Shown: one piece after another, positions 31,491-43,342 of the stretch | Layout: each line of letters opens with the position of its first letter | Numbering within the stretch: position 1 is the first letter of the stretch | Source: Patescibacteria group bacterium | GTDB taxonomy: Bacteria; Patescibacteriota; Patescibacteriia; Patescibacteriales; GWC2-42-12 | NCBI GenBank assembly: GCA_041662965.1 | Contig: JBAZRI010000001.1 | Coordinates: forward strand, 35,680 to 99,679 | Length of the DNA stretch: 64,000 nucleotides | Direction: 5' to 3' | Notes under the pieces: model-generated | The model's database searches: none | What the model saw: the letters and a program-made list of their open reading frames with translations, nothing else | Told to the model about the DNA's origin: nothing | Program-made: the position numbers and the translations under genes

Positions 31491-34400
31491 ATGAAATTTA
31501 CCCATCTCCACGTTCATAGCCATTACTCTCTCTTAGACGGATTGACTAAAATTGACGAGTTAATTCAAAAAGCCAAAGATGAAGGCTCTACCAGCCTGGC
31601 CTTAACCGACCATGGCGTTATGTATGGCGCCATAGAATTTTATCAAAAATGCAAAAAGGCCGGCATAAAACCGATTATCGGCGTGGAAGCCTATTTAGCG
31701 CCCGGGTCACGCCTTGATAAAAACGTCAAAGCCGATGAAAGAAATTATCATCTGGTGCTTTTGGCTAAAAATGAAATCGGCTATAAAAATTTGATTAAAC
31801 TGACTTCTATCGCGCATTTAGAAGGCTTCTATTATAAGCCGAGGATTGACTGGGAAGTTTTAACCAAGCATAAAGACGGCCTGATCGCCTTAACCGCCTG
31901 TTTGGCCGGCGAAATTCCCAAACTGATAACGGCCGATAAATTAGATAAGGCTAAAAAAAGAATTTTAGAATACGCCGAATTATTCGGGTCGGGAAATTTT
32001 TATTTGGAACTGCAGAGCCATCCTAACCTTGAAAATCAAGCTAAGGTCAACCGGGCTTTAATAAATTTTTCGCGCGAACTAAATCTGCCTTTAGTAGCGA
32101 CCAATGACGTCCATTATTTAAATAAAGACGACGACGAAGCGCAGGACGTTTTGCTTTGCCTGCAGACTAAGAAAAAAAAGGAAGATCGGGACAGGATGAC
32201 GATGATCGGCGGCGATTATTCTTTTCGCGGAGTAAAAGAGATGACCGAGTCTTTTGAGCATGTGCCAGAGGCGATCGCCAACACGGAAACCATCGCCGAA
32301 GCCTGCAATTTAGAAATTGAACTGGGTAAAATCCAATTGCCTTATTTTTCCGTTCCGGACGGGCAGAATATTGACGATTATATTGATAATTTATGCCATC
32401 AGGGCTTAATTGAGCGCTACGGCAAAAGCTATGGCGAAATTGATCCGGTTATAAGGGAAAGAATGGATTACGAGCTAACCGTCATTAAAAAAATGGGCTG
32501 GCCGTCATATTTTTTAATTGTTTCCGACTTTGTCAATTGGGCGAAAAACAATAAAATCGTGGTCGGCCCGGGCCGCGGTTCGGCCGCCGGCTCCCTGGTT
32601 TCTTATTTATTAAATATCACCAATATTGATCCGCTTAAATATGATTTATTGTTTGAGCGTTTTTTAAATCCGGACAGAATCTCCATGCCGGATATTGATA
32701 TGGATTTCGCCGACGCGAGGCGCGACGAGGTTTTAAGATATGTGGAGAATAAATACGGCAAAGACCATGTTTCGCAAATAATCACTTTCGGCACCATGGC
32801 GGCGCGGGCCGCGATTCGCGACGTCGGCCGGGTGCTTGGCTATCCTTATGAATTATGCGATAAATTGGCCAAGATGATTCCCATGTTTTCTAAAATCGAT
32901 CAGGCGGTTAGCGAAATCGGCGAGCTGAAAGAAATTTACAGGACCGATCAGGCGGCCAAGCAGGTTATTGATTATGCCAAACGGCTTGAAGGCGTGGCGC
33001 GGCATGCCTCAACCCATGCTTGCGCGGTCATTATCACCAAAGATGCTTTAACCGAGTATGTGCCTCTGCAATACGCTTCTTCCTCGGACCGGACTATTGT
33101 CTCGCAGTTTTCCATGCATCCGGTAGAGGATTTAGGGCTTTTAAAAATGGACTTTTTAGGCTTGAAAAATTTAACTATTATTGAGTCGGCCATAAAAATC
33201 ATTAAAAATACCCGCGGGCTTCTAATTGATATTGATAAAATTCCGCAAGACGATGAGCTGGCTTATAAATTATTTCAAGCCGGGGAAACCACCGGCGTGT
33301 TTCAATTTGAATCCAGCGGCATGAAAAGATATTTGCGCGAGCTTAAGCCGACTGAATTTGAAGACATTATCGCCATGGTGGCTTTATACCGCCCCGGGCC
33401 CATGGAATGGATTCCTGATTATATTAACGGCAAGCAGGGCAAAAAAAAGCCGAATTATCTGCATCCCAAGCTTGAACCCATACTTTCAAAAACTTATGGC
33501 GTGGCGATTTATCAGGAGCAGGTCATGCAGATCGCCCGTGATCTGGCCGGCTTTACCATGGCCGAGGCCGATGTTTTAAGAAAAGCCGTGGGCAAAAAAA
33601 TCGTTAAGTTATTAGGCGAGCAAAAAGAAAAATTTATTGACGGCTGCGTTAAAAACAGCATTCCCAGCCAGCTGGCCGAAAAGATTTTTTCTTTTATTGA
33701 GCCTTTCGCCGGCTACGGCTTTAACCGCTCTCATGCCGCCTGCTACGCTTTAATCGGCTATCAAACCGCTTATTTAAAAGCGCGCTGGCCCACGGAATTT
33801 ATGGCCGCTCTGCTTACCGCCGACCAGCAGAATACCGACCGCATCGCCATTGAAATTGACGAATGCCGGCATATGGGCATAAAAGTCATGGCGCCGGATA
33901 TAAACCAATCTTTTGATTCTTTCACTGTGGTAACGTCCGGCACGGAAAAAAATATGGCGGTTAACCCGGATGAAGCGCCGGACACTATCCGCTTCGGGCT
34001 CAAAGCCGTGAAAAATATCGGCGACCATATTGCCGAAGAAATAATCATTGAGCGCAAAAAGAACGGGCCGTACAAAGATATTACCGATCTTTTAGAAAGA
34101 GTCTGCGATAAAGATTTAAATAAAAAGTCGCTGGAAAGCTTGATCAAATCGGGCGGACTTGATAAATTCGGCGAACGCGGCCGGCTCTTAGGCAACATGG
34201 ACAACATTTTGGAATTTAACCGCGAAACCACTAAAACAAAATCCAACGGCCAGGTCAGCCTGTTTTCCGATGCCCCGAGCTTGAATTTCAGCCGCCAGCT
34301 TAAGCTTGTTTCGGCGCCGGCCGCCACGGGGCGCGAAAAATTAGCTTGGGAAAAAGAACTTTTAGGCCTTTATGTCAGTGAGCATCCTTTTTCCGAGTTT

Positions 34401-35126
34401 AAGCAATTTTTAAATCAAGCGGTTTTGCCGGTGGCGCGCTTGGCCGAACATAAAGCCGATCAGCAGATTTATGTCGGCGGCGTTATTACCAAGATTAAAA
34501 AAATAATTACTCGCTCTAACGAGCCCATGCTGTTCGTTAAGATTGAAGATAATAGCGGCAGTTTGGAAATATTGGTTTTCCCGAGCCTGTTAAAAGAGAA
34601 TAATTTAATTTGGCAAGAAGGCAAAGTGGTGCTGTGCCAAGGCAAATTATCCGATAAAGACCAGGATCTTAAATTGCTGGCGAATAAAGCGGTTGAGCTT
34701 AAAATTGAAACCGCCGGTGAGGCGATAAAAAAATTCACGGCTTCGGGCAACGGGAAAAACAGCCACGAGCCGAGAAAATTTTTTGGTTATCAGCGGCCGA
34801 AATCTTATCCGCCGGCTCGCCTCGCTGACCCGCGCTACGCCGAAAGCTTCAGCGAGGCGAGAGCTCCGGCGAAGCGGGCCGGCACAGCGCCGACGGCGAA
34901 GCATTTAATTTTTGAAGATGATAATTTATATATAAATTTAAATTCAAGCATCAACGCTTCGGCGCTGGAAAAATTAAAACAAGCGCTTTTAAAAAATAGC
35001 GGCGATAAAAAAGTATTTTTTAAATTATCGTCCGGCGCCGGCGCCAATATTAAATTAGTTGAGACCGATTTTAAGGTTGATTACAATAAATTTTTAGTTG
35101 AAGCCATAAATAATATTTTAAAATAA
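31491..35126 (+). CDS. dnaE: DNA polymerase III alpha subunit
   Basis: PHP domain start MKFTHLHVHSHYSLLDG and ...GPGRGSAAGSLVSYLL..., FNRSHAACYA. The ATG at 31491 is preferred over the TTG at 31467, which lies in a hairpin repeat. Confidence 0.9.
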   Translation: MKFTHLHVHSHYSLLDGLTKIDELIQKAKDEGSTSLALTDHGVMYGAIEFYQKCKKAGIKPIIGVEAYLAPGSRLDKNVKADERNYHLVLLAKNEIGYKNLIKLTSIAHLEGFYYKPRIDWEVLTKHKDGLIALTACLAGEIPKLITADKLDKAKKRILEYAELFGSGNFYLELQSHPNLENQAKVNRALINFSRELNLPLVATNDVHYLNKDDDEAQDVLLCLQTKKKKEDRDRMTMIGGDYSFRGVKEMTESFEHVPEAIANTETIAEACNLEIELGKIQLPYFSVPDGQNIDDYIDNLCHQGLIERYGKSYGEIDPVIRERMDYELTVIKKMGWPSYFLIVSDFVNWAKNNKIVVGPGRGSAAGSLVSYLLNITNIDPLKYDLLFERFLNPDRISMPDIDMDFADARRDEVLRYVENKYGKDHVSQIITFGTMAARAAIRDVGRVLGYPYELCDKLAKMIPMFSKIDQAVSEIGELKEIYRTDQAAKQVIDYAKRLEGVARHASTHACAVIITKDALTEYVPLQYASSSDRTIVSQFSMHPVEDLGLLKMDFLGLKNLTIIESAIKIIKNTRGLLIDIDKIPQDDELAYKLFQAGETTGVFQFESSGMKRYLRELKPTEFEDIIAMVALYRPGPMEWIPDYINGKQGKKKPNYLHPKLEPILSKTYGVAIYQEQVMQIARDLAGFTMAEADVLRKAVGKKIVKLLGEQKEKFIDGCVKNSIPSQLAEKIFSFIEPFAGYGFNRSHAACYALIGYQTAYLKARWPTEFMAALLTADQQNTDRIAIEIDECRHMGIKVMAPDINQSFDSFTVVTSGTEKNMAVNPDEAPDTIRFGLKAVKNIGDHIAEEIIIERKKNGPYKDITDLLERVCDKDLNKKSLESLIKSGGLDKFGERGRLLGNMDNILEFNRETTKTKSNGQVSLFSDAPSLNFSRQLKLVSAPAATGREKLAWEKELLGLYVSEHPFSEFKQFLNQAVLPVARLAEHKADQQIYVGGVITKIKKIITRSNEPMLFVKIEDNSGSLEILVFPSLLKENNLIWQEGKVVLCQGKLSDKDQDLKLLANKAVELKIETAGEAIKKFTASGNGKNSHEPRKFFGYQRPKSYPPARLADPRYAESFSEARAPAKRAGTAPTAKHLIFEDDNLYINLNSSINASALEKLKQALLKNSGDKKVFFKLSSGAGANIKLVETDFKVDYNKFLVEAINNILK

Positions 35127-35171
35127 TAGCTATTAGACAAAAAATGAAAAAATTGGTAGAATAAAAATAAT

Positions 35172-35263
35172 CTCGTAACTCATAACTCGCAACTCATAAC
35201 TCATAGCTTGTAAATCACAAAATTTTTATTTTGCGTTGCGAGTTGTGGGCTATGAGTTGCGAG
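35172..35263. repeat. Low-complexity long hairpin
   Basis: ctcgtaactcataactcgcaactcataactcatagc pairs with gcgttgcgagttgtgggctatgagttgcgag. Confidence 0.6.
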
Positions 35264-35273
35264 AAATAAATAT

Positions 35274-36590
35274 ATGAATGAAGAAAAAACAATCGCCTCG
35301 GCTAAGGCCGGAGCCGTTAAGAAGGCAAAAATTAAAACCGCCAGAAAAGCCAGAGCGAAAAAACCGCCTTTCGGCTTAAACGATGATTTAAATATCGCGC
35401 CGGCAAGACCGGAAGCCGGATTTAAAATAGAAAAAAAACCGTTAGCCTCAAAGTCGGGCGAGCCGAAAAATAGCTATCGCAAAATCGCTTTCAGTTTTAT
35501 TGTTTTAACTTTGCTATTGGTCGCGGCCGTTTTGTATTTCGGCTTGGCCAAGCTAACTATTGTAATTATTCCGGCTCAAGAAAAAATTACCGACAGTTCA
35601 ACCATAGAAGTATTGGACAATGAAGCCGGCGCGGCTTTGGCCGCTCTCGGCCAGGATCAGATATATGGCGTAGTCAAACAGGTGCCGGTGGAATTATCCA
35701 GAGAGTTTAGCGCCAGCGGCAAAGAAATTCTAGGCGAAGAGGTAGCCGGCAAAGTTACGATTATTAATGATTATATAAAAAATCAGCCGCTGGTAGCGAC
35801 TACCAGGCTGTTAAGCTCGGACAATAAGCTTTTCAGATTGAAGAACACGGTTAATGTTCCGGCCGGAGGCCGGGTGGAGGCGGAAATTTATGCCGATACG
35901 GCTAAGCCGGAAATGGCGGTCGGGCCGGGCAAATTCACCATACCGGGATTATGGGCCGGCCTTCAGGATAAAATATACGCCCAGAGCCAAGCGCCGATGG
36001 CCTACAGCCAAAAGGTTAAATATATCATAGGGCAAAGCGATATTGATAACGCGGTCAGCCAGTTAAAAAATGATCTTTTAGCTAACGCCAAAAGCCAGGT
36101 TGAAGAGGCCTACCGCGATTATGACCAGTCGATTTTCGCGGTTGACAATAATTCAGTGACGCAGGAAGTGAACGGCAAGGTTGGCGAAGCCAAAGAAAAA
36201 TTTACGATTAAAATGAAAACCATGGTGACGGTAGTGGCTTTTAACGATGATGAAATTTACAATCAGATTAAGGCTAAATTGGCCGCGGCCTTGGCCGATG
36301 ATAAGGAAGTTTCCAAATTTGACAAGCAAGATATGTCTTATGCTTTGGCCAGTTTTGACATAAGCCGGGGATCGGCCATGGTTAACATTGATTCCATGGC
36401 GCAGGCGGCTTTAAAAGACAGCGCTAAAATAATAAAGAAAAATAACTTAACCGGGCTGGATTACGAGCAGTTGAAAACCTATTTAAACGGACTGCCGGAA
36501 GTGGCCGGCTATCAAATAGATTTTTTTCCTTCGTTCGTGAAAAAGGCGCCTAATTTAGTTGACCGGATTGAGATAGAAATAAAGAAGTAA
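35274..36590 (+). CDS. Hypothetical membrane-anchored protein
   Basis: Lys/Ala-rich N-terminus, a single TM helix (IAFSFIVLTLLLVAAVLYFGL) and a large extracytoplasmic domain. No recognised motif. Confidence 0.5.
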   Translation: MNEEKTIASAKAGAVKKAKIKTARKARAKKPPFGLNDDLNIAPARPEAGFKIEKKPLASKSGEPKNSYRKIAFSFIVLTLLLVAAVLYFGLAKLTIVIIPAQEKITDSSTIEVLDNEAGAALAALGQDQIYGVVKQVPVELSREFSASGKEILGEEVAGKVTIINDYIKNQPLVATTRLLSSDNKLFRLKNTVNVPAGGRVEAEIYADTAKPEMAVGPGKFTIPGLWAGLQDKIYAQSQAPMAYSQKVKYIIGQSDIDNAVSQLKNDLLANAKSQVEEAYRDYDQSIFAVDNNSVTQEVNGKVGEAKEKFTIKMKTMVTVVAFNDDEIYNQIKAKLAAALADDKEVSKFDKQDMSYALASFDISRGSAMVNIDSMAQAALKDSAKIIKKNNLTGLDYEQLKTYLNGLPEVAGYQIDFFPSFVKKAPNLVDRIEIEIKK

Positions 36591-36636
36591 ATTTTTTTGT
36601 CATCCCGAGATTGACCGGCAATCCTGCATATATGCT

Positions 36637-36735
36637 ATGGCTGGAAAAAATTGTTTTTCCGGCTTAGACGAAATTTGGGCTCCTTATAGTCGCTACAATT
36701 TCGTATGCGCGGCAAAAACAATTTTTTCCAACCAT
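36637..36735. repeat. Long hairpin element, family M1
   Basis: The arms ggctggaaaaaattgtttttccg and cggcaaaaacaattttttccaacc surround the core gcttagacgaaatttgggc...tcgctacaatttcgtatgcgcg. A second copy lies at 45254..45388. Confidence 0.6.
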
Positions 36736-36741
36736 GAATAA

Positions 36742-36770
36742 TTGACAATATTTATTTTTTAAAATATACT
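36742..36770 (+). promoter_or_regulatory. Sigma70-like promoter of the thrS leader
   Basis: TTGACA (36742-36747), a 17-nt spacer, then TATACT (36765-36770). Confidence 0.55.
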
Positions 36771-36777
36771 AATATTA

Positions 36778-36951
36778 TCTAAAGGCGATTGCTATGGTTA
36801 CCAGCCATAGTCCTTAAGTGGAATCCGCTTAGCGGATCTAAGCCGTTTTTAAAGAGCTTTCGTTTAAACGAAAGAAGTCGGGTGGAACCACGGGCTAATT
36901 TCAAAGCTCGCCCCGAACATTTATTTTTTAGATGTTCGAGGCGAGCTTTTT
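36778..36951 (+). promoter_or_regulatory. T-box riboswitch leader (Thr-specific) with terminator
   Basis: T-box sequence gtcGGGTGGAACCACGGgc at 36878-36895. Terminator aaagctcgccccgaacat / atgttcgaggcgagcttttt at 36903-36951. An ACC(A) Thr codon at 36800-36803 is presented in the hairpin gctatgg-ttACCAg-ccatag. The element lies directly upstream of thrS. Confidence 0.75.
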
Positions 36952-37016
36952 AAATTAAAAAATAATTAATTTTATCTCCCAACAGAAATGTAATTATAAA
37001 TAATTAAACAAAAAAT

Positions 37017-38768
37017 ATGCCAGAAGAAAAAAATGACAAACTAGAAATTATGCGGCATTCACTGTCGCATATTATGGCGGCCGCGGTTGCTAAATTATAC
37101 CCTAAAGCGAAATTCGCCATCGGCCCGGCCGTAGATAACGGCTTTTATTATGATGTGGATTTCGGCAAAATTAAAATCAGCGACGGCGATTTAACGAAGA
37201 TTGAAGCGGAAATGAAAAATATCATTAAGGCTGGTTTGCCTTTTGAAAAATCTTCTTTGCCAGTTACCAAGGCTTTAGCGCGCGAAAAAAAGAGCGGGCA
37301 GGTTTATAAGGAAGAGATGATAAAAGATTTGAAAAAAGCCGGCGAGAAAACCGTCAGTTATTATAAATTGGGCGAATTTGAAGATTTATGCCGCGGCCCG
37401 CATTTAAAATCAGCCGGACAGGTTCAAAACGGCAGCTGGAAACTTGAGAAATTAGCCGGCGCTTATTGGCGCGGCGACGAGAAAAATAAAATGCTGACTC
37501 GCGTTTACGGCTTGGCTTTCGCGAGCAGGTCGGAGCTGGAAAATTATATTAAAATGCAAGCGGAAGCGGAAAAGCGCGACCACAGAAAAATCGGTAAAGA
37601 GCAAAATTTATTTATGATGCATGACGTTGCTCCGGGCATGCCGTTTTTCCTGCCTAACGGCATGATTATATTAAATGAATTAATTAAATTTGTGCGAGAA
37701 TATTCTTACGGCGATGGTTATCGGGAAGTCAGGACGCCGCAATTATTAAATTCAGAACTTTGGAAAATTTCCGGCCATTGGGAACATTATCAAGCTGATA
37801 TGTTTTGCCTGCATCATGCCGAGGATAATACTGACATTGGGATAAAGCCGATGAATTGCCCGGCGCATATGCTTATTTTTAAGCGCGATATCCAATCTTA
37901 TCGTGATTTACCCTTAAGAATAGCCGAAACGACCACCCTCTATCGAAATGAAAAATCAGGCACGCTTCATGGCCTAACTAGGGTTAGAAGTTTATCGCAG
38001 GACGATACCCATATTTTTTTAAGGCCGGATCAAATACTCGATGAAATATTAATATTATTAGGCAAAGTTAAAACCATATATAAAATATTTAATTTGCAAA
38101 TTGATGAAATACATCTATCAACTAGGCCGGAAAATTATTTAGGAGAAAAGTCGGTTTGGGATAAAGCGGAAGATAATTTAAAAGAAGCTTTAGAAAAAGC
38201 CGGTCTAAAATATCAAATTAACGAAGGCGATGGCGCTTTTTATGGACCGAAAATTGATGTAAAAGTAAAAGATACAATTGGGCGGGAATGGCAATTAGCA
38301 ACCATTCAGCTTGATTTTCAATTGCCGGGTCGTTTTGGTTTAAATTATATTGATTCTGACGGATCAAGTAAAACGCCGGTGGTAATCCATCGCGCCATTT
38401 TAGGCTCAATGGAAAGATTTATGGGTATTTTAATTGAGCATTACGCCGGCGCTTTTCCGGTTTGGCTGTCGCCGGTACAGGTTAAAATCGTTTCGGTCGG
38501 TTCGACTCACGTAGAATTTTGTAAAAAGTTGGCCGATGAGTTTAAGCAAAATAATATCAGAGTAGAAGTTGATGAAACCGACGAAACCGTTGGCAATAAA
38601 ATCAGAAAAGCCGCTCAAGAAAAAGTTCCGTATATGCTGGTAATCGGCGATCGGGAAATAGCCTCCGGTAAACTGGCGGTCAGGGACAGGGGAGAGAAGA
38701 TAACCAGAGAAATCGGGAAAGAGGAGTTTATAAAAGAGGTGAAAGAGAAAATAAAAGAGAGAAAATAA
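37017..38768 (+). CDS. thrS: Threonyl-tRNA synthetase (lacks the N-terminal TGS domain)
   Basis: It starts at the editing/SAD region (LEIMRHSLSHIMAAAV, CRGPH). Class II motifs and HRAILGSMERF are present. 583 aa, versus ~640 aa for the E. coli type. Confidence 0.9.
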   Translation: MPEEKNDKLEIMRHSLSHIMAAAVAKLYPKAKFAIGPAVDNGFYYDVDFGKIKISDGDLTKIEAEMKNIIKAGLPFEKSSLPVTKALAREKKSGQVYKEEMIKDLKKAGEKTVSYYKLGEFEDLCRGPHLKSAGQVQNGSWKLEKLAGAYWRGDEKNKMLTRVYGLAFASRSELENYIKMQAEAEKRDHRKIGKEQNLFMMHDVAPGMPFFLPNGMIILNELIKFVREYSYGDGYREVRTPQLLNSELWKISGHWEHYQADMFCLHHAEDNTDIGIKPMNCPAHMLIFKRDIQSYRDLPLRIAETTTLYRNEKSGTLHGLTRVRSLSQDDTHIFLRPDQILDEILILLGKVKTIYKIFNLQIDEIHLSTRPENYLGEKSVWDKAEDNLKEALEKAGLKYQINEGDGAFYGPKIDVKVKDTIGREWQLATIQLDFQLPGRFGLNYIDSDGSSKTPVVIHRAILGSMERFMGILIEHYAGAFPVWLSPVQVKIVSVGSTHVEFCKKLADEFKQNNIRVEVDETDETVGNKIRKAAQEKVPYMLVIGDREIASGKLAVRDRGEKITREIGKEEFIKEVKEKIKERK

Positions 38769-38774
38769 ATATAC

Positions 38775-38807
38775 AAAAAACGCCTCGTAAAATGCGAGGC
38801 GTTTTTT
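38775..38807. terminator. Bidirectional rho-independent terminator between the convergent thrS and gyrB genes
   Basis: aaaaaacgcctcg-taaaat-gcgaggcgtttttt, with an A-run on one side and a T-run on the other. Confidence 0.75.
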
Positions 38808-38821
38808 GTATTTGTAAATTT

Positions 38822-40873
<2,052 letters not shown>

Positions 40874-41002
40874 TTATTATTAGCCATTTTAACATGAAAA
40901 CAAAGCCAATGCTTTAGGCTTTTTATTATACCTTAATTTTAGCAAAAAAATGTCGGCATGGCAAGAGAATGAATTGATATCAGAGGCCTCTTTTAACAAC
41001 AA

Positions 41003-41036
41003 AGATGTCCGAGGTCCCATAGGACGTCGGACATCT
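41003..41036. repeat. Hairpin repeat, family 'agaYRtccgacgtc'
   Basis: agatgtccgaggtcccataggacgtcggacatct. The related copy is at 46263..46295. Confidence 0.6.
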
Positions 41037-41065
41037 AAAACTAGTTTGCCACAAGAGTTAAATTT

Positions 41066-42043
41066 ATGTTAAAATATGCATATATGGATAACAATCAAAA
41101 TTTAAATCAAGATGAAATTAAAACTAAAGACGTTGAGGCCAGAATGAAAAATTATGTCTCGACCGAAGGCATCACTACCAAGCAGCTGGAAATCGGCTTA
41201 TGGTATGTTGAGCATAAAAAGCAGCTTAGAATGGCTTTAATCGGTTTTTTAATTTTAGTTTCCGCGGTTTCTTGGGTTTATACTATTTATGGTTTTGCCA
41301 ATTATATCGCCCGCGGCATGAGCGAAGACGATATTTTGCTTAAGCAGATGGTGCAGGTTAACAGCGTCGGCCATGATTATATTAAGCAAGTCGGGGCCAA
41401 GGATTTAATTCTCGGGCCGGTGGAAATTATCAGGTCGTCTGACAAAAAATACGATCTTTATACCAGGCTAAAAAACGATAATCCGAAATGGTGGGTGGAG
41501 TTTGATTATTATTTTACCGCCGCCGGCCGGCAGACGGAAAAAAATAAAGGCTATATTTTGCCGGATGAGGTTAAATATCTGGCGGCTTTAGCCGAAGATT
41601 TTCCTTATTATCCGGAAGGCGCCCAATTAGTTGTGGAAAATATCAGCTGGCAGAGAATTAATCAGCACGAGATTGCCGATTGGGACGCTTACCGAACCAG
41701 CCATTTAAATATTACCAGTACGGATCTTAAATTTATTCCGGCTTATGCCAGCCCGTTATCGGAAAAGTTAGGCTTAAATCAGCTAAGCTTTAAAGCCATT
41801 AACCAGACGGCTTATAATTATTGGAGCGTTGGCTTTGTTATTTTGCTTTACGCCGGCGACCGAATAACCGGCATTAATCATTATATTATAAATGATTTTA
41901 TGTCAGAGCAGGAACGATACGTGGAAATCAGCTGGCCCGGAGATTTAGGCCGGGCGGACAGGGCGGAAATTATCCCGGAAATAAATATAATGGCCGACAA
42001 TATATATATAAAGTACGAGGGAGGAACGGGACAGGAAAAGTAA
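41066..42043 (+). CDS. Hypothetical membrane protein
   Basis: One TM helix (MALIGFLILVSAVSWVYTIYGF) and an extracytoplasmic domain. No known motif, and the start is uncertain (alternative ATG at 41084). Confidence 0.45.
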   Translation: MLKYAYMDNNQNLNQDEIKTKDVEARMKNYVSTEGITTKQLEIGLWYVEHKKQLRMALIGFLILVSAVSWVYTIYGFANYIARGMSEDDILLKQMVQVNSVGHDYIKQVGAKDLILGPVEIIRSSDKKYDLYTRLKNDNPKWWVEFDYYFTAAGRQTEKNKGYILPDEVKYLAALAEDFPYYPEGAQLVVENISWQRINQHEIADWDAYRTSHLNITSTDLKFIPAYASPLSEKLGLNQLSFKAINQTAYNYWSVGFVILLYAGDRITGINHYIINDFMSEQERYVEISWPGDLGRADRAEIIPEINIMADNIYIKYEGGTGQEK

Positions 42044-42046
42044 GAA

Positions 42047-42150
42047 AAATGACAAATGACTAATTTCCAATGACAAATATAAATCAAAAGCATATTTGAA
42101 ATTTGTCATTTGACATTGATTTGACATTTGTCATTAGTCATTGGTAATTT
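42047..42150. repeat. Low-complexity long hairpin
   Basis: aaatgacaaatgactaatttccaatgacaaat... pairs with ...atttgtcatttgacattgatttgacatttgtcattagtcattggtaattt. Confidence 0.55.
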
Positions 42151-42156
42151 AAATCA

Positions 42157-43263
42157 ATGTTCAACAAACTCTTAATATATTTTAAAAATTTTGACTGGAT
42201 AATGTTTACCTCGGTCCTGCTTTTAATCTGCTTCGGTTTGGCGGAAATTTACAGCGTCGCCCTAAGCCGGTCGCAGTTGGATTTGCTTAATTTTGAGAAA
42301 CAAATTGTTTTTATTATTTTAGGCATGATACTGCTTTTTTTATTGGCCGGTTTTGATTATCACAGCCTAAGAAGCTATAGCAAGTATTTTTATGTTTTAG
42401 GCCTTGTTTTATTGATTGGAGTATTATTTTTCGGGCAAACTATCCGCGGCACAAAAGGCTGGTATAGTTTAGCCGGTTTTAATCTCCAGCCGGTTGAATT
42501 CATAAAATTTGTTTTAATTTTATTTTTGGCTAAATATTTTTCTTCCGTCCCGCCTAAGATCAAAGAATTTAAACGCCTGTTACTTTCCTTCAGCGGCGCT
42601 TTATTATTTATAATTTTAGTTTTAGCCCAGCCTGATTTCGGCTCGGCGTTTATTCTATTTTCGCTTTGGCTCGCCATGATTGTTTTAGTCGGTTTTAATA
42701 AAAAATATCTTTTGGTTATAGGTTTGATTCTCGCCGTGGTTTTTTCCGGCGCTTGGTATTTCGTTTTGCAAGATTATCAAAAAGAGAGAATAATTACTTT
42801 TTTAAATCCTTCATTCAATCCCTTAAGCCAGGGTTATAATGTCTCGCAGGCGATCATCGCAGTTGGCGCCGGCGGCTTAATCGGCCGCGGGCTTGGCTTC
42901 GGCTCGCAATCGCAATTGAAATTTCTGCCTGAAGCCCAGACTGACTTTATTTTCGCCGTCGTGGCCGAAGAGCTTGGCTTTTCCGGGGTCTTGCTAATTT
43001 TGTTATTTTTTGGTATATTTTTTTATCGCTGTCTGTATCACTTGAAAAGAATCAACAATGATTTCGGCATATTTTTTATTTTAGGCTCCATGAGCTTGAT
43101 TTTTATTGAAATGTTTATTAATATTGGTATGAACCTCGGCATCTTGCCGGTAGTGGGGATTTCTTTGCCTTTTTTAAGTTATGGCGGCAGCGGCCTGATA
43201 TCCAGCTTAATGCTGGTCGGAGTGATAGAAAGCATTGTTATCAGATCAAAAATAAACTACTAA
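42157..43263 (+). CDS. SEDS-family peptidoglycan polymerase (RodA/FtsW)
   Basis: QPVEFIKFVLILFLAKYF, QPDFGSAFILF, PEAQTDFIFAVVAEELGF, PFLSYGGSGL. Confidence 0.85.
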   Translation: MFNKLLIYFKNFDWIMFTSVLLLICFGLAEIYSVALSRSQLDLLNFEKQIVFIILGMILLFLLAGFDYHSLRSYSKYFYVLGLVLLIGVLFFGQTIRGTKGWYSLAGFNLQPVEFIKFVLILFLAKYFSSVPPKIKEFKRLLLSFSGALLFIILVLAQPDFGSAFILFSLWLAMIVLVGFNKKYLLVIGLILAVVFSGAWYFVLQDYQKERIITFLNPSFNPLSQGYNVSQAIIAVGAGGLIGRGLGFGSQSQLKFLPEAQTDFIFAVVAEELGFSGVLLILLFFGIFFYRCLYHLKRINNDFGIFFILGSMSLIFIEMFINIGMNLGILPVVGISLPFLSYGGSGLISSLMLVGVIESIVIRSKINY

Positions 43264-43342
43264 TAATATACGCGAATGTGAGCGAATATTGCGAATGGAT
43301 AATTCGTTTGGTTAGCTTGAATTCGTTAAAATTTGCAAATTT

